Shown here one piece after another: positions 19,958-29,913 of a stretch of 64,000 bases of DNA. Every line of letters starts with the position of its first letter. Position 1 is the stretch's first letter. Source of the DNA: Candidatus Helarchaeota archaeon (GTDB lineage Archaea > Asgardarchaeota > Lokiarchaeia > Helarchaeales > RDOG01); assembly GCA_019058315.1 (NCBI GenBank), contig JAHPZH010000005.1:32001-96000 (forward strand), written 5' to 3'. The notes under the pieces are model-generated. The model saw nothing but the letters and a program-made list of their open reading frames with translations. It had not been told where the DNA came from and searched no databases. A program made the translations under genes and the position numbers.

Positions 19958-21115
19958 ATGAGCCCACAAAATTTATTTTCAGATTTAGACAAGCCAAATA
20001 AAGAATTCATGCTTTTGGCGAAACATATGTTTAAGTGTTTCAAGGAATTAGGAGCAGAATTTGTTGAAGCTTTATTCCCAAAATTTGACGAAATTCAGTA
20101 TGAATTAATTAAATATCGCTGGGACAATATGATTCAAACCTCGCGGAAAGTCATTGATGGTGAAGTTCCTACAGAAGATGCAGATAGGATTCTTCTATAC
20201 ACGCTTCCTCATGTTATCTCATTAATTAGCTCTTTACAAACAGGATTAATTAAGCTACTTTATGGCGAGAGTGTCGATGTAACCGCTGTTATGGTTGATG
20301 ATTTTAATTGGCAAATTGTGACTTGTATGAATGGACACCAAGAAGATGGCATTCCTGTGGACTGGTGGAATATCGGTTTAGAAGATGAACTAATGGACCG
20401 GCGTCACATGAAACGGGGTGTGAAATTTAAAGACCTTTATAAATCAACAAAAGACGTGACTAAAGCTGCTCAACTTATCATGGAAGTTCTAAAGGACGTA
20501 AGGAATGAAAGAACTCCTCAATGGTCAAACTCTCTTTATACTGTCGTAATTTTACATACGAGCGGTCTTTTTAATTTCTTCACCGAATTAAGCAATTACG
20601 AAGTCATAGGATCTATTTGGGATGGATATAATAGTAAAAAGTATAAATTAAAGGATTATTGGTTTTTAATGTATCCAGATCCACCTATGATACGAACAAT
20701 GACTATGTCTTCCCGAGATGCATTTATTCGAAAATTAACTGGATTAACTACTGCAAGAAATTTTGCAATTCATACAATCGAAGATCCAGCTCTTGATTGG
20801 GTAAAAGAAGAAATCCCAGAAGCATATGATGCCGTTCTTTTAAGTGATTGGGAAGAAGGAATTCCTTTACCAATATCTACTTTAAATTGTAAAATCCCTA
20901 CAGATATTAAAAAGCTCATTTCTTCGGATGAAAAATTAAATTGGCAATACCCGAACCATCAAAGAATCACAATGGATACTTTTGATCTGTCAACTGATAA
21001 TTGTTTTGCGGGATATTTAACCGATATTACGGATGAAACATCGCCAGATGCGGGAATTACTAGAGATAATATAATTTCAAAAAATTTTGGTCAGTATACT
21101 GAATTTTTCAAATAA
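19958..21115 (+). CDS. Hypothetical protein (paralog A)
   Basis: 385 aa, collinear with 21231-22391. Confidence 0.85.
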   Translation: MSPQNLFSDLDKPNKEFMLLAKHMFKCFKELGAEFVEALFPKFDEIQYELIKYRWDNMIQTSRKVIDGEVPTEDADRILLYTLPHVISLISSLQTGLIKLLYGESVDVTAVMVDDFNWQIVTCMNGHQEDGIPVDWWNIGLEDELMDRRHMKRGVKFKDLYKSTKDVTKAAQLIMEVLKDVRNERTPQWSNSLYTVVILHTSGLFNFFTELSNYEVIGSIWDGYNSKKYKLKDYWFLMYPDPPMIRTMTMSSRDAFIRKLTGLTTARNFAIHTIEDPALDWVKEEIPEAYDAVLLSDWEEGIPLPISTLNCKIPTDIKKLISSDEKLNWQYPNHQRITMDTFDLSTDNCFAGYLTDITDETSPDAGITRDNIISKNFGQYTEFFK

Positions 21116-21230
21116 GATTTAATGTTATTTTTGTTAGAGCATTAATATTTTTTTTAAATTGAAAACTAAAAAATATATATATCATAAAGAACTCACTTTT
21201 TATACAAATCTAAATAAGTGGGGATAATCC

Positions 21231-22391
21231 TTGAGTCCACAAAATTTGTATGCTGAATTGGATAAACCTAACAAAGAATACTTACTTCTTGCAAAACATA
21301 TGTTTAAATGCTTCAAAGAGCTTGGAGCTGAATATATAGAAGCCCTTTTTCCTAAGTTTGATCAAATCCAGTACGAATTAATCAAAGAACGATGGGACAA
21401 TATGATTCTTACCTCTCGAAAAGTGATCGATGGACGGATTCCTCCAGATAAAGCCGAAAAAACTGTGCTCTACACCCTGCCGCATGTTATCAGTTTAAAA
21501 TCTACATTACAAACAGGACTTATTAAATTACTTTATGGCTCTAGTGTGGATGTAACGGCAGTCATGGTTGATGACTTCAACTGGCAAGTAGTAACCGCAT
21601 TCAATGGTCACATGGAGGATGGAATACCCGTAGATTGGTGGGTACTAGGGATGGATGACGAGATGATGGATCGCCGTCATTTAAAAAGAGGGATGAAATT
21701 TAAAGAAATATATGAAGTAACAAAAAACGTCCAGAAGACAGCACAATTTATGATGGAATTATTAAAAGACGTGAGAAATGAAAGAACTCCACAGTGGTCA
21801 TTTTCTCTATATACATTAGTTATAATACATACTTCAGGATTATTTAATTTCTTCACAGAGTTAAGTAACTTTGAAGTTCTTGGGAATATATGGGAGGGAC
21901 TAAATTCTAAAAAGAAATTTAACACTCCAGATCATTTTTTTCTAATGTATCCTTACCCTCCGATGATAAAATCTCTTGTGATGCTTCCCAGAGCAGGTTT
22001 TATTCAGAGATTGGCGGATCTAACTACTGGGAAGTACTTAAATCTTAATAATATTGAAGATCCCGCTTTGGAATGGATTAAAGAAGAAATTCCAGAAGCA
22101 TATGAGCCTGTCTTGCTCAATGATTGGAAAGAAGGATGGCCATTACCACAAGCCACTTTACAATGTAAAATTCCCACAAATTTAAATGAAATATTAACTT
22201 CTGATGAGAAACTAAATTATCATTATCCGTCCCATAAACGGATCACAATGGATACCTTCGGTTTTACACCTGATGATGCATGGAAAGGTTATTTAACAGA
22301 TATCACAAATGAAACACCACTTGACGCAGAACTAAGTAAAGATAATCTAATTTCAAAAGGATTTGGGCGAAATACAGAATTTTTAAAGTGA
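21231..22391 (+). CDS. Hypothetical protein (paralog B)
   Basis: 386 aa. Shares long identical blocks with paralog A (LLAKHMFKCFKELGAE, LQTGLIKLLYG, KDVRNERTPQWS). Confidence 0.85.
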   Translation: MSPQNLYAELDKPNKEYLLLAKHMFKCFKELGAEYIEALFPKFDQIQYELIKERWDNMILTSRKVIDGRIPPDKAEKTVLYTLPHVISLKSTLQTGLIKLLYGSSVDVTAVMVDDFNWQVVTAFNGHMEDGIPVDWWVLGMDDEMMDRRHLKRGMKFKEIYEVTKNVQKTAQFMMELLKDVRNERTPQWSFSLYTLVIIHTSGLFNFFTELSNFEVLGNIWEGLNSKKKFNTPDHFFLMYPYPPMIKSLVMLPRAGFIQRLADLTTGKYLNLNNIEDPALEWIKEEIPEAYEPVLLNDWKEGWPLPQATLQCKIPTNLNEILTSDEKLNYHYPSHKRITMDTFGFTPDDAWKGYLTDITNETPLDAELSKDNLISKGFGRNTEFLK

Positions 22392-22430
22392 AAAGGGAAA
22401 TTTGAATTTAATTTTTTAGAGATTTTTGAC

Positions 22431-23114
22431 TTAAACTGTTTTTCTTTTTAATGTTAAGTACTTCTTTTTTTGATAAGTACGTATAACACCTTCAACTGCT
22501 AGTCTAGAAATTTTAGTTTCTTTTATAATATCCATAATTGTGTGTGTTCCATCACATAAACGTAGGATTTTTACATCATTAATTGGAAATTTTTCCTTAC
22601 CAGTCAATTCTTTTATTAATCTTGGAAGCTTAGCAAATTTTTTGGAATCTACTTGTGTATATTGAGGTTTAGCACTAGGAGTTGGAGCAGTCTGTTGGGA
22701 TATAGTTATTTCTTCCGTAATTTCTACCTTTCTTTTTATCGTGATTTTGGTAACTTCATCTATTTTTTCATCAATTATATCCGCATAATTGAACATTTTA
22801 TTCTTAAAGGCAAGAAGCGAACCTAATTTACCCTTTTTAGTATATAATATAATCATACTTTTTTCTGATACCTTGAAAAAACCGATGCTTTTATTTGACA
22901 TTGGAAATGCATGATCTCCCACTCCGAGCAAGCTAAAATTAGTTTTTACAAAGTTTATAATGAAAGAGAGCATATTTTCTTCATTGAAGTCGTTTCTCGC
23001 GAATTTTAATTCACCATTTTCGTTTGTAATTGCAGTATATACCCTTGAACCTATTAAAGCTCCCAAATATTTCTCAATTTCTTGAACTAAGTCGTAAAAT
23101 GCTTCTGATTCCAA
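22431..23114 (-). CDS. Roadblock/longin-like N-terminal domain plus C-terminal winged helix
   Basis: VYTAITNENGELKF beta-hairpin start; C-term KILRLCDGTHTIMDIIKETKISRLAVEGVIRTYQKKKYL wHTH. Confidence 0.55.
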   Translation of the reverse strand: MESEAFYDLVQEIEKYLGALIGSRVYTAITNENGELKFARNDFNEENMLSFIINFVKTNFSLLGVGDHAFPMSNKSIGFFKVSEKSMIILYTKKGKLGSLLAFKNKMFNYADIIDEKIDEVTKITIKRKVEITEEITISQQTAPTPSAKPQYTQVDSKKFAKLPRLIKELTGKEKFPINDVKILRLCDGTHTIMDIIKETKISRLAVEGVIRTYQKKKYLTLKRKTV

Positions 23115-23334
23115 ATATACACCAGTATTGCCTAATTTTCAATAATATTAATGAAGATTCTCTTAAAAATAATTCAATGAAAAAATTACAATCCTTAATA
23201 AGAATATCAGAATTTTCCATATTAGTAATATAAAATCAGTTTATTGAAAAAAGGTAGAAATTTTTATTCAATAAAAGATTTAAGTTAAAAAGAAATATTT
23301 TTAAAATAAAAAGATTTAAATTTTTGTTTTAGAC

Positions 23335-23949
23335 TTATGATCCTTCCGGATAAAGAAAGATTGTAAATTCTGCATAGGGATCTCCCCTCATGATACATTT
23401 TGTCTCCTTAACTTCGACTCTTAATTCATTGCCTACATATTCTTCAATTGTTTCAACGGCAGCTTCCACAACACCTGCCATAACAGAGCCCCATGTCTGA
23501 CTTCCTGTAGTTTCTTTATTGACTTCTATAGATTTTTCCTCCTTTAACCCTGCACAAAACATACATCGATCTAGAGTAAAGATGACTCTAGGAATAGGCA
23601 CTTGATCATCTGGTGGATAGTATTTACAGCTGGAAAATCTTTGACCCGTCATAACATAGTAAGAAGTTTCGATTATCGTTGGTAAATCTTCTAAACTTTT
23701 AGAAAAAACATATTTTCCGATATCCAAGAATTCATATGTGATATCATGACCTGCTAATTTTCCTAGTCTGTGGAATTCCGCTAATGCAGTCTCTAGAGTC
23801 CCGTCCGTTAGATCCATCAACATTTTTACATCTTCCAAATATGTCAAAGAAAATATAAGACCACTTAGCTTTGGTTGTCTCCACCATAGTAATTTCTTAC
23901 CCACTTTTGATAATAATCTTCTAAACCAACCCAATTTATCAGGAACCAA
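23335..23949 (-). CDS. V4R / TRAPP Bet3-like protein
   Basis: KLSGLIFSLTYLEDVKML..FHRLGKLAGHDITYEFL resembles the Bet3 N-terminal helices; C-term VKETKCIMRGDPYAEF is the V4R signature. Confidence 0.8.
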   Translation of the reverse strand: MVPDKLGWFRRLLSKVGKKLLWWRQPKLSGLIFSLTYLEDVKMLMDLTDGTLETALAEFHRLGKLAGHDITYEFLDIGKYVFSKSLEDLPTIIETSYYVMTGQRFSSCKYYPPDDQVPIPRVIFTLDRCMFCAGLKEEKSIEVNKETTGSQTWGSVMAGVVEAAVETIEEYVGNELRVEVKETKCIMRGDPYAEFTIFLYPEGS

Positions 23950-23957
23950 ATAATCAC

Positions 23958-24482
23958 CTATAATACTTCAATAACTTCATGAGTACACAATTTATCTCCT
24001 CGAGCTTTTGATGCTATTGTGTTAACTACTACCTTTGGTATTTTTTTATAGCCAGTTTGATTTAGACTGTTCAATAGAAATTCCATTGCACCTCCAAGAG
24101 CTACACAATAATGGATTTCAGTTTCTTCTACACCTTCCCAGCAGAGGATACATTTGTTATCATATATAAACCATTTTCTCGGTGTTTCTTTTTTAAATTC
24201 TTTGATTTTATATAATTTAATGAAAAAATGTGTTTTGTAAGTGTCTTTTAAAACCTTTTTTATAGTATCTCCTTTAGGTGTCCAATGTATAAGCATATCT
24301 TCCATAACTCTTCGTCCAAATTCCTTTAATTTTTCAGTACCTTTCTCTACACCCCATTTTTCCTTGATCATTGGCATTATATAACCATATATTATTGGAA
24401 GAAGGGATCGACTCCACCTAACTTCTAGCATATCTTCCCTTGTTAACTCAATAAAGGGAAGTTCACCAGTAAAAATTTCCAA
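23958..24482 (-). CDS. V4R / TRAPP Bet3-like protein
   Basis: EKLKEFGRRV, CILC, HYCVALGGAMEFLL, SKARGDKLCTHE. Confidence 0.75.
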   Translation of the reverse strand: MEIFTGELPFIELTREDMLEVRWSRSLLPIIYGYIMPMIKEKWGVEKGTEKLKEFGRRVMEDMLIHWTPKGDTIKKVLKDTYKTHFFIKLYKIKEFKKETPRKWFIYDNKCILCWEGVEETEIHYCVALGGAMEFLLNSLNQTGYKKIPKVVVNTIASKARGDKLCTHEVIEVL

Positions 24483-24628
24483 TTTAAATAAACCTCATAA
24501 TAATTGTTTATTTTTTAATAGAAAACAAAAATTTTGGAATAAACCAGTACTAATCTATATATATTTTCTACCTATTTACTTTTATTATTAAATTCTTTTA
24601 GGTAAATAAAGAAGAAATCAGTCAAATT

Positions 24629-25378
24629 CTATATAATTAATATATTTTTTAAATCAGGAACGAAAGCGCATAGAATGAATTTTATCCCAAGATACGTAAA
24701 AAAAATTCCACAACATATCAATATAATAAGATAGGTTCTATCTGAAATAACTTTTTTCCCTTTATAGATTGATGTAGAAACAAATGAATACCAAGCGAAA
24801 TCACTTGAAATATGCCCGAAAAAGTAAGTTATTACCCATGAAAATTGAATCGTTATTAAGCCAAGAGAATAGAGGAATTCCATCATTCCAGATAAAGAAG
24901 CTCGTTCAAATAAATAAAACATGTAAGTAAATCCGCTCGTACCCCACCAAAGGATCCAAAATGGATTCGAAATACTCAATATAATTCCTTGAATAACGGG
25001 AGAATATTTGAATATTGAGTTATTTTTATTCTTACTCTTTTCTATTTCTGATGAAAGAGAAATTTCTTTTTTTTTCATCTCATAAAATAACTGTACAGCC
25101 ATGAAAATTAATATCCCACCCCCTACTGTAGAAATTATGAAATAAACAATAGGTATTTTAATAAGATTTATCAATCCATAGAACGCTGCTAAAATCACAA
25201 TAGATTCCAAAATTGCATGTCCTACAATCATTATAGGACCTACCAAATATCCCCGTTGTCTCTTTGGAGTTTCTGAAATTACTGCAGTTAGAACAGGTCC
25301 AGGAGTTAATGCGCCTGTTAGACCGTAAAGGAATGCACCGCCAAAAATAATTAAATACCCACTAATATCTAATGCCAT
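24629..25378 (-). CDS. LysE family translocator
   Basis: GALTPGPVL, GHAILE, LSISNPFWILWW; multiple TM helices. Confidence 0.92.
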   Translation of the reverse strand: MALDISGYLIIFGGAFLYGLTGALTPGPVLTAVISETPKRQRGYLVGPIMIVGHAILESIVILAAFYGLINLIKIPIVYFIISTVGGGILIFMAVQLFYEMKKKEISLSSEIEKSKNKNNSIFKYSPVIQGIILSISNPFWILWWGTSGFTYMFYLFERASLSGMMEFLYSLGLITIQFSWVITYFFGHISSDFAWYSFVSTSIYKGKKVISDRTYLIILICCGIFFTYLGIKFILCAFVPDLKNILII

Positions 25379-25567
25379 TTTATAAATTGCCTATTTGAGT
25401 TTTGAAATAATTTTTTTTGGATTTAATCATCAAATTATCTTATTTTAATGAGGTAATTACTTTAGAAAATGCTGATTTAATAAAGTTAAAAAATTGATTT
25501 ATTTAATTTTGTTTTGAACATTATAATCAAATTATTTAATTATTATCTAAACTCAAATTAGGACTTT

Positions 25568-26731
25568 ATGGTGAACATTTTGACAGTTGGAATTATAAAA
25601 TCTAGTTTAAAAGAAGTAGATGTAAAATTACCAGAATTACTGGAACTTATAAAATATAAACCTAAAAAGAAAAAGATATTTATTAAACCAAATGTTGTTG
25701 ATGCTATTAATGCTAAATCTGGAGTAATTGCACTCCCTCAGCTTGTTGATGAATTAATTAATTATTTAATAAAAAAACATGATATATCAAAAGAAGATAT
25801 AGTAGTCGGAGAGGGAACAGGTTATTTTAATGAAGATAAACATTTCGAGCGTTTAGCAAAAGAATCAGGGTATATTAAATTAGAGAAAAAATATGGTATT
25901 AAATTCGAAAATTTACAAAATACTGAAAGGGTTACGAAAAAATGGAAATATGGGGAAATTGAATTACCCAAATATTTGGATACTCATGAATATATCAATA
26001 TCCCCGTTATGAAAACTCACATGCAAGCAACTGTAACTTTAGCTATGAAAAATCAGAAAGGATTACTTCTTTTAAAAGATAAACGAAATTTTCATCGTTC
26101 AAGTACTTACGGTAGTCTTCATGATTCGATATATGAATTATCAAAAGTAGCCATACCAGACCTTGTGGTTACCTCGGCAATTTTTGCTCTAGAAGGAACT
26201 GGACCAACTTTAAATGCTCAATCAAAAACTAAAAAATTGGATTTAATACTTGCTGGAACTGATATGATAGAAGTGGATAATGTTAGTTGTGAAATAATGG
26301 GATTAGATGTAGAAAAAATTAAACATATACCCAAAGTTAAATTTTCCACAATAGGGGTTCCATTGGAAGCAGTAAAAACTAAATTTGCAGAAGCAGATCC
26401 CTTTCTTAAGGTTCGAAATTTATATGTAAATCAATCTGATGCAGCATGTACTTTATGTACTATGTCAATTAGTCGGATGTTCAGGAAAATTTTGTTTGTA
26501 GAAGACTTAAGAAAAAAATTTGAAGAATTAAATAAGATATATGATCGTATCGATCTTGTTATAGGAAGTGATTTTGAGGAACTACCAGCAAATGCAAAAA
26601 TTGGGCAAATTTTTTGTGTTGGTGCTTGTACATCAAAATTAGCTAAAAATAATGATGTTCCTATTGTTAAAGATTGTCCACCCAATCATAATGATATAAT
26701 AAAATTAATTTTAGAACACACTCTGAAATGA
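25568..26731 (+). CDS. DUF362 domain iron-sulfur protein
   Basis: IKPNVV, VGEG, INIPVMKTH..ATVTLAMKNQKG, EGTGP, C-term ACTLC, GACT, CPP. Confidence 0.9.
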   Translation: MVNILTVGIIKSSLKEVDVKLPELLELIKYKPKKKKIFIKPNVVDAINAKSGVIALPQLVDELINYLIKKHDISKEDIVVGEGTGYFNEDKHFERLAKESGYIKLEKKYGIKFENLQNTERVTKKWKYGEIELPKYLDTHEYINIPVMKTHMQATVTLAMKNQKGLLLLKDKRNFHRSSTYGSLHDSIYELSKVAIPDLVVTSAIFALEGTGPTLNAQSKTKKLDLILAGTDMIEVDNVSCEIMGLDVEKIKHIPKVKFSTIGVPLEAVKTKFAEADPFLKVRNLYVNQSDAACTLCTMSISRMFRKILFVEDLRKKFEELNKIYDRIDLVIGSDFEELPANAKIGQIFCVGACTSKLAKNNDVPIVKDCPPNHNDIIKLILEHTLK

Positions 26732-26891
26732 TTTTTTTTTACTTTACTTTGAAGAGATAATAAATTTATTAACGATGTTGAAATATTTTCAATTTTTATT
26801 TAGTATAATAACTTTACAAAATACCGTAAAAAAAAGATTTATAAATTTCATTTACTACTTTTTCTAACCCAACTTTAAGAAGGGATTTTTT

Positions 26892-28532
26892 ATGAAAAAA
26901 AGATTTTTTTTAATGTATATAATGACTTTTTTAAGCCTAGTTCTTACTTTAAGCCCTATTATATGCTCAATTTCGACAAACAGAAATACAATCTGGTCTT
27001 TAGTACCAACATCAAAAAAAATTGGATTAGAAACGACCGCAAATTTATTTGAGGAAAAAGTAGGCAAGATAGCATGGCAACCTAATGGAACTCCCGTAGA
27101 CACAGTTCCATCACCTTCTGGAACTGGAGCTCATGGAGCTGTTGCTGATGGAAGTGGTGGTGTTATAGTAGCTTGGTATCGATTTAATGGTACACATTAT
27201 AGTCCATATATTCAGAAATTCAATTCAACTGGTCATGCTTTATGGGGAGATAATGGAACAATGATATGTAATGATGTTGTAGCAGGACATTGGATGCGTA
27301 ATACTAGGATTTGCAGCGATGATGCTGGAGGAGCTATTGTTATGTGGCAAGATAATAGATCTGGAAATGAAGACATTTATGTACAACGAATTAATTCGAC
27401 AGGTGGTCGAGAATGGACTCCTACGGGAGTGGCAGTATGTACTGATATAGCGGATCAAGAAATACATCCATATGCAACAAATCAACTTTGCCCCGATGGA
27501 CAAGGAGGTGCAATACTTGTCTGGAGAGATAATAGAAATGATGCTAATGGGGATATTTACGCACAACGGGTTGATGTTAATGGAAATCCATTATGGGCAG
27601 GTAATGGAGAGATTATCTGTGATGCAACTGGTATGTCTTTATATCACAAAGTGGTTAGTGATGGACAAAGAGGAGCAATTGTAGTATGGAGAGATGATAG
27701 AGATGCTGGTGGTGATGGGGACGTATTTGCACAGAAAATCAATTCAACAGGAGATATTAAGTGGACAAATAATGGCGTGGTGATATGTAATACTACTGAC
27801 ATACAAAGAGCGATTCAACTATGTAGTGATGGAGCTGGAGGCGCAGTTATAGTATGGACAGATGAAAGAACTGGTGTTATGAATGAAAGTATATATGCCC
27901 AACGAGTAATTTTCAATGGAACTACGTTATGGACTACAAATGGTACAGTAATATGTGATAGAGATGGTGAGAATAACGATCCTTTTCTTTGCCCTGATGG
28001 AACAGGAGGAGCAATTATCACATGGAGGGGCATCAGTGGTTATACCCAACGTATTAATGGGTTTGGTCAAACAATGTGGACTAATAACGGCGTGGTAGTA
28101 CAAAGCGCGAGTACAGCAGAACTCAAAATTTGTACCGATGAAGATGGTGGTGCAATCATAGTTTACAGAATCTTAGATACTGATTATAACCTTTATGTTC
28201 AATTGATTGATTCTGATGGTAAAAAACAGTGGTCTGGAAACGGTATTTCTGTATGTACAGAAAGTGGTCAACAATGGGATTTGGTTATTGTTCCGGATGG
28301 AGATGGTGGTGCATTTATGCTATGGGAAGATACAAGGGTTGAACCTCAAGAAGATCTTTATGTAACACATTTAACAGTTGAAATTCAGTTACATTATGAA
28401 ATAATAGGTATTTTGGCTGCTGGAGGAGCGGCAGGTGCAGCTGGTACAAATTGGTTACCTTTTGCGTTAGCTGGTGGAATTGGAGTTGCAATTGCAGTAA
28501 TAATAGCGGCAGTATTGAAAGCAAAAACATAA
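26892..28532 (+). CDS. Secreted, membrane-anchored beta-propeller repeat protein
   Basis: Same ~62-aa SDGxGGAIxxWxDxR..DIYAQR repeats as 18197-19822; signal peptide and C-term TM. Confidence 0.85.
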   Translation: MKKRFFLMYIMTFLSLVLTLSPIICSISTNRNTIWSLVPTSKKIGLETTANLFEEKVGKIAWQPNGTPVDTVPSPSGTGAHGAVADGSGGVIVAWYRFNGTHYSPYIQKFNSTGHALWGDNGTMICNDVVAGHWMRNTRICSDDAGGAIVMWQDNRSGNEDIYVQRINSTGGREWTPTGVAVCTDIADQEIHPYATNQLCPDGQGGAILVWRDNRNDANGDIYAQRVDVNGNPLWAGNGEIICDATGMSLYHKVVSDGQRGAIVVWRDDRDAGGDGDVFAQKINSTGDIKWTNNGVVICNTTDIQRAIQLCSDGAGGAVIVWTDERTGVMNESIYAQRVIFNGTTLWTTNGTVICDRDGENNDPFLCPDGTGGAIITWRGISGYTQRINGFGQTMWTNNGVVVQSASTAELKICTDEDGGAIIVYRILDTDYNLYVQLIDSDGKKQWSGNGISVCTESGQQWDLVIVPDGDGGAFMLWEDTRVEPQEDLYVTHLTVEIQLHYEIIGILAAGGAAGAAGTNWLPFALAGGIGVAIAVIIAAVLKAKT

Positions 28533-28556
28533 TTTCTTTATTTTTTTCTTTTTTTA
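28533..28556 (+). terminator. Oligo-T terminator candidate
   Basis: tttctttatttttttcttttttt directly after the stop. Confidence 0.45.
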
Positions 28557-28652
28557 AAAATCAAATCTCACTATTTTTTTTTTATACCTTATATTTTTTA
28601 AAGTTAGATTACAATAATAAATCAAATTAAAATTAATAGGGAAGATACAATA

Positions 28653-29543
28653 ATGACGAAAAATCGAGGATTAATTGGACATGTTGAATGGAGCGATGGG
28701 GAACCAGCTTCGAATATTACAATAGAATTAGAAGAAAAAGATTTAGTTTTTCATGATGTTCTACCTTCTGGAGAAACTGATGGGCAAGGTAATTTCATCA
28801 TTTCATATCATCCAGAGATTTACGGGGGCACGGGACGTTTAGGCGAAAAACCCGATATTGAATTAATGATCAATTATCTAAATGACAAAGGCGAGAAAAA
28901 AACGTTCAAAAGATTTTATAAAAATGTAGAAGAGGAGTGGTTAAAAATCGAATTAAAACTTGATGATGAATCAGGCTCTCCTTTGCCAGAATCTAAGGAA
29001 ACAGCTGTTGGTATTTGCTCTCAAATGTTGAATATGAAAGATTCTATAAACATTGATGAGGTTGAATCAAATGATGTTTGGGAAGCCTGTGTAGCAACAT
29101 CAACCGCATTCAGTCGATCAAGATATGAAAGAATTATGAAATTAACTAATTGGGGAGGAAAAGTAATTGTTGGAGATATCATGGAAGGTCCTTTATCACG
29201 TAATGAACAAAATCTAAATTCTAAGGGAATAAAAAGTCTCAATAACAGAAAGAATAAACCTAAGCAGATTAAATTGAATTTTCTCTGGCTTGATGAAAAT
29301 ATGAAGATAATATATAAAATTAATTTAGAAAATCAGATGATGAACTATATTAGTGAAAAAGGTTTGCGAATATTACTACGTGAAATTGATGAAACGGGTA
29401 AAAATTATAAATATTTACCAGTAGAACAGTTAAAAATTACATCCGAAATTCAAATTAAAGATAAAACTTTTAATTCTGAAGTTATTTGCCTCGAATCCAT
29501 TAAAAAATTGAAAAATTTAATAGGGACTCCCTCAATAATTTAA
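28653..29543 (+). CDS. Hypothetical protein with N-terminal transthyretin/carboxypeptidase-regulatory-like beta domain
   Basis: GHVEWSDGEPASNITIELEEKDL.FHD.L.SGETDGQGNFIISY...EKPDI pattern. Confidence 0.6.
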   Translation: MTKNRGLIGHVEWSDGEPASNITIELEEKDLVFHDVLPSGETDGQGNFIISYHPEIYGGTGRLGEKPDIELMINYLNDKGEKKTFKRFYKNVEEEWLKIELKLDDESGSPLPESKETAVGICSQMLNMKDSINIDEVESNDVWEACVATSTAFSRSRYERIMKLTNWGGKVIVGDIMEGPLSRNEQNLNSKGIKSLNNRKNKPKQIKLNFLWLDENMKIIYKINLENQMMNYISEKGLRILLREIDETGKNYKYLPVEQLKITSEIQIKDKTFNSEVICLESIKKLKNLIGTPSII

Positions 29544-29579
29544 AAATATTATTATTTGAATTTGTTAGGAGATGATAAA

Positions 29580-29870
29580 ATGGTGACTTTAATTGCCACC
29601 CTAACGATAAAAGAAGGAAAAATGGAAGAAGCAATACAAATTATAAAGGAAATTGTGCCAAAAGTTAGAAATACTGAATCAGGATGTAAAGCATACATTC
29701 CTCATACTGTAAAAGGACGAAAAAATAAAAATAAAGTTTTATTCTATGAAAAATATGAAGATAAAGCTGCATTAGATCTGCACTCAGCAAATCTACCAAA
29801 GAATTTTGAAAAATTATTTCCCTTTCTAGAAGGGGGAATGGATTTAAAGACTTGTGAAGAGATTATTTAA
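29580..29870 (+). CDS. Antibiotic biosynthesis monooxygenase (ABM)/quinol monooxygenase family
   Basis: LIATLTIKEGK..ESGCKAY..FYEKYEDKAALDLH. Confidence 0.88.
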   Translation: MVTLIATLTIKEGKMEEAIQIIKEIVPKVRNTESGCKAYIPHTVKGRKNKNKVLFYEKYEDKAALDLHSANLPKNFEKLFPFLEGGMDLKTCEEII

Positions 29871-29913
29871 AAAAGAGGAACAAAGGTTCCTAATATTATT
29901 TTTTTTTATTTGT

